This document shows, piece after piece, positions 39,843-48,814 of a stretch of 64,000 nucleotides of DNA; position 1 is the first letter of the stretch, and each line of letters opens with the position of its first letter. The translations under genes were made by a program, and so were the position numbers. The notes beneath the pieces are model-generated. The model saw nothing but the letters and a program-made list of their open reading frames with translations. It was not told where the DNA came from and searched no databases. The stretch is from Candidatus Saccharimonadia bacterium (GTDB lineage Bacteria > Patescibacteriota > Saccharimonadia > UBA4664), in assembly GCA_035544015.1 (NCBI GenBank), contig DATKIP010000012.1, forward strand, positions 99,483 through 163,482, in the 5' to 3' direction.

Positions 39843-40948
39843 TAGCCCTCTCAAAACAAAACCGTCATAAACCATATTTAAACAGCCTTCCGGCAATATA
39901 GCCGGTAAAGGCCTTTTTTGTGTCTTCAAAGGTAGAACGCTGAATATTGGCTACAGCTTGCTTGGTGGTGTTCCAAACATGCTCAATTGGATTGTTGTCA
40001 GGGGCATAGGGCGGCATGGGGATGAGGTGGACCCGCTCCAAGAGTTGGCCTTTGGCTAAGGCTGTTCGAATCGCACGACCTTTGTGGAAGGCGGCATTGT
40101 CCCAGATAATGGCAATCTTCTTGTCTGGGTGGTTTTTCAAGAAGAGCTCGAATGCCTTCAACACCTCTTCCTGGTTTTGCCAGGGCATTTCATACACTTC
40201 GCAGGTGAACGATTTCTGGTTCAAGAACCCGATATAGCTCTGAGCCTCTTTGTCCCGGTCGACTTTGACAATGGTGCGCTTGCCCTTTTTGAGCCAAGCC
40301 CGGCGGGTAATAGCTTCTTGTTCTATCCGGACTTCGTCAACGGCAAACACTTCCCACTCCTTGCTGGTAAGCAGCGGGGCAACTTCAGCATGGATTTCTC
40401 GCATCCGGGCCTCAATCGTAGCCACATTGCGCCTGAGGTCAAAGGTATCCGGGTACTTAAACGACAGATTACTAAACCGTAGGAGGAAATGATATGACTG
40501 CGGAGATTCATACACAATCTCAAACTTGGTCTGGAGGTAGGTTTTGAGCTGGGGTACATCCCAGAAGGCCTGAGGCAAGCCAAAGTCGGAGGGTGGAGAG
40601 CTGAGCGCCTGCTTGACCTCTTGGCGCTGGTCGCGGGTTAGAGGACTGGCGTTGTCATTGCCGGCGTGGCCGGTGAATATCATGCTGAGGCGACTAGTTC
40701 GCCAGGCATTGAGCCAGCTCCCCACGGTTCGTGAGGAGCGGTCTTGGATGTCGCCAATGTCAGCGGATGACATCCCTTTATTCGCCATGAGTACGGCCCC
40801 AGCTTTATATCGTATGAGGATGAGTGGGGAGGTTTTGGCATATTCCTTTAAAAGAATCTTTTCTTCGTTGGTGATATTTGTTTTACGCATTTGCAATTAA
40901 GCGTAACAAAATCTCGAAATAAATGCAGGTTTTGTTTTGAGGGGGCTA
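39843..40948 (-). mobile_element. IS630-family (Tc1/mariner-like) insertion sequence, 1106 bp, with a TA target-site duplication
   Basis: 21-bp terminal inverted repeats TAGCCCTCTCAAAACAAAACC (left) and TAGCCCCCTCAAAACAAAACC (right, reverse complement), 20/21 identical. Flanking TA at 39841-42 and 40949-50. One transposase ORF. Confidence 0.85.
39865..40896 (-). CDS. IS630-family DDE transposase (HTH plus DDE_3)
   Basis: IAIIWDNAAFHKG and PPYAPDNNPIEHVW DDE motifs. Full length, 343 aa. Confidence 0.85.
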   Translation of the reverse strand: MQMRKTNITNEEKILLKEYAKTSPLILIRYKAGAVLMANKGMSSADIGDIQDRSSRTVGSWLNAWRTSRLSMIFTGHAGNDNASPLTRDQRQEVKQALSSPPSDFGLPQAFWDVPQLKTYLQTKFEIVYESPQSYHFLLRFSNLSFKYPDTFDLRRNVATIEARMREIHAEVAPLLTSKEWEVFAVDEVRIEQEAITRRAWLKKGKRTIVKVDRDKEAQSYIGFLNQKSFTCEVYEMPWQNQEEVLKAFELFLKNHPDKKIAIIWDNAAFHKGRAIRTALAKGQLLERVHLIPMPPYAPDNNPIEHVWNTTKQAVANIQRSTFEDTKKAFTGYIAGRLFKYGL

Positions 40949-40950
40949 TA

Positions 40951-41127
40951 CCCGAGCAAGAGGTGCGGCTCCTCCCCCACCCCAATCGCTACGACATCGT
41001 GGTCTTGGTATCCACCGACCGTGCCGATCAGCAATACGCCGACATCCTCCTGGAACAATTCAAGACTGATCACCCGGATGTCAGAATACACCGGCAGCTC
41101 CACGAACCCATTACGCGCGCTCACTAG
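40951..41127 (+). pseudogene. C-terminal fragment of the IS630-disrupted gene
   Basis: In frame with 39600..39842 once the IS and one TA copy are removed. Confidence 0.5.
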
Positions 41128-41175
41128 CTTCAGGCAGAGGCCCCCGGACACCGCGTCCGAGGGCCTCCCGCCGTT

Positions 41176-41808
41176 TTAGAGCACGCTACTTGCCGGCACC
41201 AGCAGCCGCACAATCGCGATCGTCGCCTGCGCCACCCACGGCGCGATAAATTGATACCCGAGCAACATCACCGCCAGCAGCACCACAAACCCGGACTGCT
41301 CTATCCGGTCCATCACCTCGCGCAAGCCCGGCGGCGCCACCGCATACAGCAGCCGCGAACCATCCAGCGGCGGAAACGGAATCATGTTAAACACAAACAA
41401 CCCTACGTTCACGATAATGAGTGCCGCGAAAAAGGTGGCGCCCACCGAGCTAAACGGCAATAGTTGCGCACACAGGGCAAAAAAGCACGCCAACAACAGG
41501 TTGGTAAACGGCCCGGCCAAAGCCACCAACGCCGCACCCCACCGCCCCCAGCGCACCGCCCACGGGTTAAACGGCACCGGCTTGGCCGCCCCAAACACCA
41601 CCGGCGAACCCACCACAATCAAAAACAATGGCAGCGCCAATGTGGCAAACGGATCGATGTGCGCGAGCGGATTGAGCGTCAGCCGGCCCTTATCTTTAGC
41701 TGTCGTATCGCCCAGATAGTGCCCCATGAGCGCATGCGCAAATTCGTGCAGCGTGAGCGCCAGTACCAACGCCACCACCTGGGCCAAAATTTGAATCGGA
41801 TCATGCAT
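41176..41808 (-). CDS. site-2 protease family (M50) zinc metalloprotease
   Basis: HEFAHALMG HExxH within a TM helix, and LDG motif. Confidence 0.75.
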   Translation of the reverse strand: MHDPIQILAQVVALVLALTLHEFAHALMGHYLGDTTAKDKGRLTLNPLAHIDPFATLALPLFLIVVGSPVVFGAAKPVPFNPWAVRWGRWGAALVALAGPFTNLLLACFFALCAQLLPFSSVGATFFAALIIVNVGLFVFNMIPFPPLDGSRLLYAVAPPGLREVMDRIEQSGFVVLLAVMLLGYQFIAPWVAQATIAIVRLLVPASSVL

Positions 41809-41895
41809 ACACGCAATTGTACTATATGCAGTGCCAAATCATTGACTTACCAGATGAAATTAGCTACACTTACCGAGTTGTTTTAAGGATTTGTC

Positions 41896-42141
41896 ATGTC
41901 TTACGCATGCGACATCACGGGCAAGGGCAAGCAGTTCGGCAATAACGTGCCGTTTTCCCAAAAGAAGACCCGCAAGGTCTGGAAGCCCAATCTCCAACCC
42001 AAGACGATTACCATCGGCGGCCAAAAGGTTCGGCTGAAGTTGGCCACGTCCACTATCCGCACCCTCAAGAAATGGGAGCGGGAAGAAGTTGCCAAGCTAG
42101 CCAAGATCGAAGCCGCCAAAGCCGTTCCCGCCGCCGCCTAA
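41896..42141 (+). CDS. rpmB: 50S ribosomal protein L28
   Basis: MSYACDITGKGKQFGNNVPFSQKKTRKVWKPNL. Confidence 0.85.
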   Translation: MSYACDITGKGKQFGNNVPFSQKKTRKVWKPNLQPKTITIGGQKVRLKLATSTIRTLKKWEREEVAKLAKIEAAKAVPAAA

Positions 42142-42154
42142 CTTTTTCGTCCCT

Positions 42155-42186
42155 AAAAAAAACCGCCTCACAAGGCGGTTTTTTCG
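42155..42186. terminator. bidirectional Rho-independent terminator (A8-AACCGCCTCACAAGGCGGTT-T6)
   Basis: Perfect 8-bp stem flanked by an A-run and a T-run. Sits between convergent rpmB and the MBL-hydrolase gene. Confidence 0.6.
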
Positions 42187-42203
42187 TTACTCGATGATGC
42201 TCG

Positions 42204-42818
42204 TCAGGAGCCAACCCGCGTCAGCACCACCACCTGCGTTTCGGCCGGCGCCTCCTTGGCATTCACGCGCAGCTTGCTCTCCGGCTCGGGGTTAGCCCCC
42301 ATTTCCTTCAAAAACTTCTCCAGCCCCGCCTGCGGGACGGGATATGTTGTAATTCCGTCATCATAATGCACCGGCACCACGTAGCCAGGCTCGAGCTGCG
42401 CCACCACATCGGCCGCCCCCTCGGCGTCGAGCGTGAGGCCGCCCCCACCCACCGGCACCACCAGCACGTCCACCTGGCCGAGATTCTCAACCTGGTCCTC
42501 GTCGAGCTTGCCCGAGATATTACCAACCACCACCACGTTCACCCCATCAACCAGCACGCTAAAAGCCGTGCCGCGGTGGCCGTCTTCGTCAATGTGCAGC
42601 CGAGCCGGAGCGCCGGTGATCATTGCCCCCTTCACCTCGTACTCACCGGGGCCGTCGATCACCATCGCCCCCGCGACCTCGAGCCATGTTCCGCCCTCGG
42701 CCGGCCCAGTCACCACCACCACGTCAGCCTTGGCCGAACCCACTGGGTCGCTCACCACATTGAGGTTGCGCCCCGACAGCTTCACACTTCCTGCCCCCAG
42801 ATACGTAATATCCATCAT
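42204..42818 (-). CDS. MBL-fold metallo-hydrolase
   Basis: Beta-lactamase-like fold (HxHxDH-like region VVVTGPAEGG...). Confidence 0.65.
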   Translation of the reverse strand: MMDITYLGAGSVKLSGRNLNVVSDPVGSAKADVVVVTGPAEGGTWLEVAGAMVIDGPGEYEVKGAMITGAPARLHIDEDGHRGTAFSVLVDGVNVVVVGNISGKLDEDQVENLGQVDVLVVPVGGGGLTLDAEGAADVVAQLEPGYVVPVHYDDGITTYPVPQAGLEKFLKEMGANPEPESKLRVNAKEAPAETQVVVLTRVGS

Positions 42819-42830
42819 CCGTCTCCCGTC

Positions 42831-43517
42831 TTAATTCCTGATAATATCGCGTCCGCGACCCGGCGTAGCCGCTGTCACAATCGCCACCGGCACATACTCG
42901 CCAAACGTCACGTCGCTATGCGCCAACGGTTTTTCCTGGCCGTCGATGATCACAATTTTGCGCGCCTCAAGCACCGTCGTGATAAACCGGTCATTGAGGC
43001 TCAACCGGTATTGGTATTCGTCGGGTGTGAGCGCCGAATAATTGAGCTCGCGGCCCATCTCTTTCTCCATCTCCGCCACCACTTTTGCCAACCGCGCCTT
43101 GTTGATATCCCCCACCACGAAAATGTCCACGTTGGTGCGGCTGTCCCGCGCAAACGACCCCGTCAGAAACGCAAAGCTTATCGACCCCGTCGATCGCAAC
43201 CGCTTGATGATCTTGTCTTCTTCGCGCGTCTCCTTCACCACCGGGTCGCTCGATTTGGCTGGCATACTCGTAAAGATACTCCGCAGCTGCTCATAATATT
43301 CATACTTCGGATTCACTTCATAGTACAGCCGATTGTTCGAGCCGTCCGAAGACACCAACCCCACCGACAACAAATTCGCCAGCTCCCGCCGCACGGAATT
43401 AATTTGTTCATCGATTTTGCGCGTAATTTCGCGCACATAAAACGGCCGACCTGGATTATTAAAAAACAGGCTGAGCAGCTTCACACGCGTCTTCGAACCA
43501 AACAATTGTTCGACCAT
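42831..43517 (-). CDS. winged-helix DNA-binding plus nucleotidyltransferase-domain protein (start refined to MVEQLFG)
   Basis: N-terminal HTH (VREITRKIDEQINSVRRELANL) and a C-terminal nucleotidyltransferase-like region (GSFARDSRTNVDIFVVGD). Confidence 0.5.
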   Translation of the reverse strand: MVEQLFGSKTRVKLLSLFFNNPGRPFYVREITRKIDEQINSVRRELANLLSVGLVSSDGSNNRLYYEVNPKYEYYEQLRSIFTSMPAKSSDPVVKETREEDKIIKRLRSTGSISFAFLTGSFARDSRTNVDIFVVGDINKARLAKVVAEMEKEMGRELNYSALTPDEYQYRLSLNDRFITTVLEARKIVIIDGQEKPLAHSDVTFGEYVPVAIVTAATPGRGRDIIRN

Positions 43518-43649
43518 ACCTGAACACTTTCCGCCTCGGTTACCCCTGTATTGCCACATAGTATAGCAAATTAGCTCAACGATATCACCAGACGCTCGAA
43601 GGGGCCCGGCACGCAAGTGCGCACCGAGCCCCATGGCCCCAAAAAGGGC

Positions 43650-44150
43650 CTACGTAGAAGTAGGCGTTGTGGCTACGGCCTGGAGCGTTTTGATCAACCG
43701 CCCCGCGACGGGCTCGCGATCAGGCAGACCGTCGCACAATGCCTGGTCGAAGTAGGACTTGGACACGACCCCCTCGTCACCCGGCTGCTGGTAGGTAGTC
43801 TCGACGCGACAAACCGGATCTCTGTCCGAGCCCCCCACTACATCCCGCTTCACCGATGTACCCCAGGAAGAGTAATCCAGCTGCAGCGTATCAACGCCGT
43901 AAAGGACATACCCGTCCATCGGTGTAGTACAGAAACTCCCGGCCGGGTAATAGACGCTCCAGTGCTCGGCGTGGCCATCCGGCTTGAGCCAAAATCGGCA
44001 CACACCGTCGTGCACCTTGGGATCACGCATCTCAGCCCGAACCACAGTGCCGGTCTCATGGACCTTGATTCCCGACCCGCAAGCCGCCGCAGCTGGAGCC
44101 AGCGCCACGATCAACAGCCCGACCACGCCCAGACGATGTACTCGACGCAT
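43650..44150 (-). CDS. putative lipoprotein
   Basis: Signal peptide with lipobox LAPAAAACGS. Confidence 0.45.
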   Translation of the reverse strand: MRRVHRLGVVGLLIVALAPAAAACGSGIKVHETGTVVRAEMRDPKVHDGVCRFWLKPDGHAEHWSVYYPAGSFCTTPMDGYVLYGVDTLQLDYSSWGTSVKRDVVGGSDRDPVCRVETTYQQPGDEGVVSKSYFDQALCDGLPDREPVAGRLIKTLQAVATTPTST

Positions 44151-44230
44151 ACACCTTACCTTTTCTCTCAGGTGCCCGCAGGCACTCAGTGCTTACGCGC
44201 CTCGCATGATATAAACAAAAACAAGTTCGT

Positions 44231-45664
44231 TCAAGCGCGAACAATCGAGACCAGCAACGCCACGGCCGCAGCCGCCATCACTCCGAAACAAATCCACAGC
44301 CCCGCCAGCGACAACCAGCCGCTGCGATGCTCGCCCATCACGTCCGCCCGCCGCGACACCCGCGCAATCAGGTAAATCAGGGGCACCGCCGCCAACCCAT
44401 TAAACACCGCCGTAAATATCAGCGCCTTGATCGGATCGAGTCCAATGAAGTTAAATACCAACCCCGCCAGCGTCCCAAAAATAATCACCAAATAAAACTG
44501 CCGCGCCTGCTTAAACTTCCGAAACAACCCTTCGTTCCAATTGAATGTCTCGCTCAGCGCATACGACGACGATCCCGCCAGCACCGGCACACTCATGAGC
44601 CCGATGCCAATCACCCCCACCGCAAACACCACCTTCGCGATGTAGCCCGCGTTCGGGAAACCGTCCACGAGCGGCTCCAATGCTTTGGCCGCATCGGCCG
44701 CCGAGTCAATATTCGTGACCCCATGCGCCCCCAGCACCACCGCCCCCACCACAATCACAAACCACGCCGTCACGTTCGAAAACAGCATCCCCAACGCCGT
44801 ATCAATCCGCAGCCGCCGCAAGTACGGCGCCGTCAGCTTGGGCACCCCACCACGCTGCGCCAGCCGGTGCGCCGCAATCTCGTCCTCTACCACCTCGCTC
44901 GTCTGCCAAAAGAAGAGATACGGCGAAATCGTCGTGCCAAAAATCGCCACCACGATGTAGAGGTACTCCGGGCTCCACACAATCCGCGGCGTCACCGTTG
45001 CCCGCAGCACTTCCTGCCACGGCACGTTCACCAAAAACGCCGTCACCGGATACGCAAACAGCGCCACGGCCAGCCACTTCAAAATCCGCACGTAGGTCTT
45101 GTACGCCACCAGCACTTCCAGCACCAACATCACCACCGCAAAAATCATCGCCAGCAGCGCAAACGGCAGCGGCACCAGCAGCTGCATACTCGCCGCCATG
45201 GCGCCAATGTCGGAGCCGATGTTGAGCGTATTGGCCACCACCACCAGCCCCACCACCGGGTACAGCACGTATGCCGGGTAATGCTCGCGAATCACCGCCG
45301 CCAAGCCCTTGCCCGTCACCGCGCCGATCCGCATGCAAGCCTCTTGCACCGCCGTCATTAGCGGGTAGGTAAACAGCATCGTCCAAGGCAGCGCAAAGCC
45401 AAATTGCGCCCCCGCCTGCGAATACGTCGCCAAACCCGACGGGTCGTCGTCGGCCGCTCCCGTCACGATCCCTGGGCCCAAAATGCGCAAAAATCGGCTA
45501 AATCCACGCTGACGCCGGCGCCGCTTCGAGCCGGCCGGCGCCTTGGTAGCTTCGAGCTCCGCCTCAGTAATCGCCTCGTCGGGCAAGAGAATCATAGTGC
45601 CTACAAGCATAACCACAATCCGACCCGCCCGTCCAGTAGAATGAGACAACAGCCGCCAAACCAC
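44231..45664 (-). CDS. mntH: Nramp-family divalent metal (Mn2+/Fe2+) transporter (true start probably internal, ~45595-45610)
   Basis: GPGIVTGAADDDPSGLATYSQAGA Nramp signature and 11-12 TMs. Confidence 0.85.
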   Translation of the reverse strand: MVWRLLSHSTGRAGRIVVMLVGTMILLPDEAITEAELEATKAPAGSKRRRRQRGFSRFLRILGPGIVTGAADDDPSGLATYSQAGAQFGFALPWTMLFTYPLMTAVQEACMRIGAVTGKGLAAVIREHYPAYVLYPVVGLVVVANTLNIGSDIGAMAASMQLLVPLPFALLAMIFAVVMLVLEVLVAYKTYVRILKWLAVALFAYPVTAFLVNVPWQEVLRATVTPRIVWSPEYLYIVVAIFGTTISPYLFFWQTSEVVEDEIAAHRLAQRGGVPKLTAPYLRRLRIDTALGMLFSNVTAWFVIVVGAVVLGAHGVTNIDSAADAAKALEPLVDGFPNAGYIAKVVFAVGVIGIGLMSVPVLAGSSSYALSETFNWNEGLFRKFKQARQFYLVIIFGTLAGLVFNFIGLDPIKALIFTAVFNGLAAVPLIYLIARVSRRADVMGEHRSGWLSLAGLWICFGVMAAAAVALLVSIVRA

Positions 45665-45767
45665 TATTCCATTTCTCGGAATAGTGCCAAAATGGTCGAT
45701 GATTTATCCCTTTATAAAGCCATAAAAATTTACCTGCCTTTGCACTATTCCAGAAAATGGAATAGTG
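45662..45767. promoter_or_regulatory. two copies of the palindromic operator-like site CACTATTCC-N7-GGAATAGTG upstream of mntH
   Basis: Copy 1 at 45662-45686 and copy 2 at 45743-45767. Each has perfect 9-bp arms. They lie 50-170 bp upstream of the likely mntH start. Confidence 0.5.
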
Positions 45768-45800
45768 CCAACACCCACGCAGGTTCTTCGAGACAACAGC

Positions 45801-46520
45801 CTACCGCGGCCGTCCCGCGGCCACCCCCGCCGCCACGTGCTCCAGACGATCATCGAGCGGCTCCAGCTCCGTCACCCCATGCCGCCGCCGCAACGCCTCC
45901 AGCAGCAAATGATCCGCCAGCCCCGGATTCTTCGGCAGCACCGGCCCGTGCAAATACGTGCCCACAGCCGCCTGCGTCATCGCCCCTTCGCGCCGACTGC
46001 GCACATCGTTCCCATAGCCCTTCACGATCCGCCCTAGCGGCGCCTGGCCCTTATCGAGCCTCGTAGCTCCCGAATGATTCTCAAACCCCACCAGCACCCC
46101 GTAGTCGCTCTGCGATACCACATTACCAATCATCCGCACGTTACCCGCCCGCGTCGTGGCGCCAAACACCCCGATTCCCGGAATCCGGCTCCCATCGTGC
46201 GTCACAAATTCTCGCCCAAACAGCTGGTACAAGCCACAAATCACCAACATCGGCACCCCAGCCGCCGCCATCTCCCGCAGCGCCTCGCCGTGCCGCGTGA
46301 GGTCCGCGCCCACCACCAGCTGACCCGAATCCTGGCCACCGCCGCCAAACACCAAGTCCACAGCCCCCCAGTCCACCGTTTCCCCAATTTCCACCGGCAC
46401 CACCCGCGCTCCAAACCCCCGCCACTCCAGCCGCTTCACGAGCGTAATAATATTGCCCATATCGCCATAAATATTCATCTCTCGCGGGTAGAGATGCGCG
46501 ATCGTGATATGCCCTCTCAT
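45801..46520 (-). CDS. gatD: lipid II isoglutaminyl synthase glutaminase subunit GatD (CobQ-like GATase)
   Basis: GATase1-like region with the catalytic Cys context (LVICGLYQL). Immediately follows murT. Confidence 0.8.
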   Translation of the reverse strand: MRGHITIAHLYPREMNIYGDMGNIITLVKRLEWRGFGARVVPVEIGETVDWGAVDLVFGGGGQDSGQLVVGADLTRHGEALREMAAAGVPMLVICGLYQLFGREFVTHDGSRIPGIGVFGATTRAGNVRMIGNVVSQSDYGVLVGFENHSGATRLDKGQAPLGRIVKGYGNDVRSRREGAMTQAAVGTYLHGPVLPKNPGLADHLLLEALRRRHGVTELEPLDDRLEHVAAGVAAGRPR

Positions 46521-47890
46521 CGCGGCATCGCCTTCATCTGCGTACGCCGCGCCAGCAACTTGCGCACCTCAAGCATGGCCGTATACGTAGGCAAGATGTA
46601 CGCCGTTTCACCCGCCGGGGTCGCCGCCACGAGCGCCTCAATGCCCTCGCCCACGCTCGCCGCCGTCTGCGACTCCACCCCGGCGTAATGCAGCCGCACC
46701 GCCATGTCGGCGCCGCGCACCCCCGCCGTAAACGCTCGTGTATCGTGGCCCCCCAGGGCCTCAATCGGCACATCCCACAGCCACGATACGTCGCGGCCAT
46801 CCGCCGCCAAATCGTTGATCACAAACAACACCCGCACCGCCTCGCGGCCAATCACAAACGTTTGCAGCACCTGTGCAAACCCCGCCGGGTTCTTGATGAG
46901 CAGCAAACACAGCGTCCGGCCATCGATCTCCACCCGCTCCACCCGGCCAAACGCCGCGCGGGTTGCCGCCAGCGCCGCCTGCATCACCGGCATCTCCACC
47001 CCATATCCCACACCCAAACTCACGGCCGCCAGCGCGTTGTAGAGATTGTACGTTCCCGGCAGCGGAAACCGCAGCTCCGTCCGCTTACCCCGCACCGCCA
47101 CCACAAACCGACTACCGTCACGATCAGCTTCCTCCACGTTCGTCACCGCCACCGTCGGCGCCGGCCGCCCAAAATCTCCCTTGGGACAGCGATAATGCCC
47201 CACATGCCCATAAAACACCCGGCTAAATTCCAGCCGCGAGTGGCACACCGGGCACCGATCCGAATCCGTAGCCGTTTGATGCTCGCCCACCGCACTCACC
47301 GGCATGCCCTCAATCCCAAAATAATGCACCTGCTCAGGGCTGCGGGCATACGTGGCCAAGCTCGCCACCAACGGATCATCGGCGTTCAAATAAACTTGGG
47401 CATCGGTACCTGCAATCCCCTCGCCAATCAGCGCGGCAGTCGTATCTAGCTCGCCGTAACGGTCGAGCTGATCCCGAAACAAATTCGTCACCACGATATG
47501 CGTCGGCCGCACCTCCGGCGCCACCCGCCGCAAGCTCGCCTCATCCACCTCAAACAGCCCCACGGTCGCGCGCACCCGACCGCCCATATCGGCCGCCCGT
47601 ATCAACGCCGACGTCACGCCGCGTTTCAGGTTCGACCCACTGCTGTTCGTCACCACCACCAGCCCCATCGCCTCCAAAAACTCTGCGATAAGCTTGGTCG
47701 TGGTCGTTTTGCCATTCGTACCCGTCACCAAAATCACCCCGCCGCTCAAACCAGCCGCCAGCTTGGCCGCCAAATGCGGGTCCAACCGTTCCGCCACCAA
47801 CCCCGGCAATGCCCCGCCACCGCCGCGTCCAAGCCCTCGGCTCAAAGCCGCCGCCACCTTCGTAACAAGCAATGTCAGCGTGACGTTCAT
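46517..47890 (-). CDS. murT: lipid II isoglutaminyl synthase subunit MurT (Mur-ligase family)
   Basis: Mur ligase P-loop ILVTGTNGKTTTT, Cys-rich insert CPVCHSRL...RCPKGDFGRP, and DUF1727-like C-terminus. Confidence 0.85.
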   Translation of the reverse strand: MNVTLTLLVTKVAAALSRGLGRGGGGALPGLVAERLDPHLAAKLAAGLSGGVILVTGTNGKTTTTKLIAEFLEAMGLVVVTNSSGSNLKRGVTSALIRAADMGGRVRATVGLFEVDEASLRRVAPEVRPTHIVVTNLFRDQLDRYGELDTTAALIGEGIAGTDAQVYLNADDPLVASLATYARSPEQVHYFGIEGMPVSAVGEHQTATDSDRCPVCHSRLEFSRVFYGHVGHYRCPKGDFGRPAPTVAVTNVEEADRDGSRFVVAVRGKRTELRFPLPGTYNLYNALAAVSLGVGYGVEMPVMQAALAATRAAFGRVERVEIDGRTLCLLLIKNPAGFAQVLQTFVIGREAVRVLFVINDLAADGRDVSWLWDVPIEALGGHDTRAFTAGVRGADMAVRLHYAGVESQTAASVGEGIEALVAATPAGETAYILPTYTAMLEVRKLLARRTQMKAMPR

Positions 47891-47893
47891 GGC

Positions 47894-48814
47894 TCAAGTA
47901 TAGCGCAGTCCAAAATCCGCCACCAATTGCTCGGCTTCGGCCGCCGACTGTACCCACCGAATCCCCTCATGCCGTTTAAACCACGTCACCTGTTTCTTGT
48001 AGAGCGCCATGTCGCCGCGCACGAAATCAGCCGTCGCTTGCTCGAGCGTTTTGGTCCCCAAAACGTACCCCTTAAATGCTCGATACCCAATCACCTCCAG
48101 CGCCGCACTTTCCCAGCCATACATCTCACCAATGTCTTCAACTTCACGAATAAAGCCTTCCTCAAGCATTTTTTTCACTCTTTGCTCCACCCGATGTTGA
48201 ACAATTTCTTTGTTCAAGATCGTCCCCAACACCAATGCCTCGGGCACCATCTCGGTCCGCCGCGTTCGCCGCTCACCAGCCGTTTCAATCGCCCGAATCA
48301 CCCGCCGGCGGTTGGTCCGCTCCACGGTTTCGTAGGCCTCCGGATCCTCCGCCGCCAGCAGTTCCAGCAAATCTTCATCGCCCATCGCCTCCAATCGCGC
48401 CCGCAAAGCCGGCTCAGATTCTGACGGAAATTCATAATCAAACAACACTGCGTCCACATACAATCCGCTCCCACCCACCAACAGCGGCAGCCTACCCCGG
48501 CTCGCAATATCAGCCATTGCCCCCACCGCCAGCTGCTTAAACGCCGCCGCACTCAGTCGCTCGCCGGGATCAATCACATCCAGCATATGATGCCGCACCC
48601 GCGCCTGCTCCGCCGCCGTCGGTTTGGCCGTGCCAATATCCATGCCGCGGTAGAGCGTCCGCGAATCGGCGCATACAATCTCGCCCCCAAATCGCTCAGC
48701 CAAATGCAAGCTCAGCGCCGTCTTGCCCGTAGCTGTCGGCCCTACCACGGCCACAAATTTCGCTCGCACGCCGCTCATCATACTGCAGCCCCACCAATAC
48801 CCGGCGGCCACCAC
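47894..48814 (-). CDS. miaA: tRNA dimethylallyltransferase
   Basis: P-loop VVGPTATGKTALS and CADSRTLYRGMDIGTAKP. Confidence 0.85.
   Translation of the reverse strand: MVAAGYWWGCSMMSGVRAKFVAVVGPTATGKTALSLHLAERFGGEIVCADSRTLYRGMDIGTAKPTAAEQARVRHHMLDVIDPGERLSAAAFKQLAVGAMADIASRGRLPLLVGGSGLYVDAVLFDYEFPSESEPALRARLEAMGDEDLLELLAAEDPEAYETVERTNRRRVIRAIETAGERRTRRTEMVPEALVLGTILNKEIVQHRVEQRVKKMLEEGFIREVEDIGEMYGWESAALEVIGYRAFKGYVLGTKTLEQATADFVRGDMALYKKQVTWFKRHEGIRWVQSAAEAEQLVADFGLRYT

Noticed and set aside
44327-45361. 344-aa plus-strand ORF opposite mntH, and Gly-rich 44802..45386.
   Set aside because: These are antisense or alternative frames of the Nramp gene.
46688-47449. 253-aa plus-strand ORF opposite murT.
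   Set aside because: This is the antisense frame of murT.
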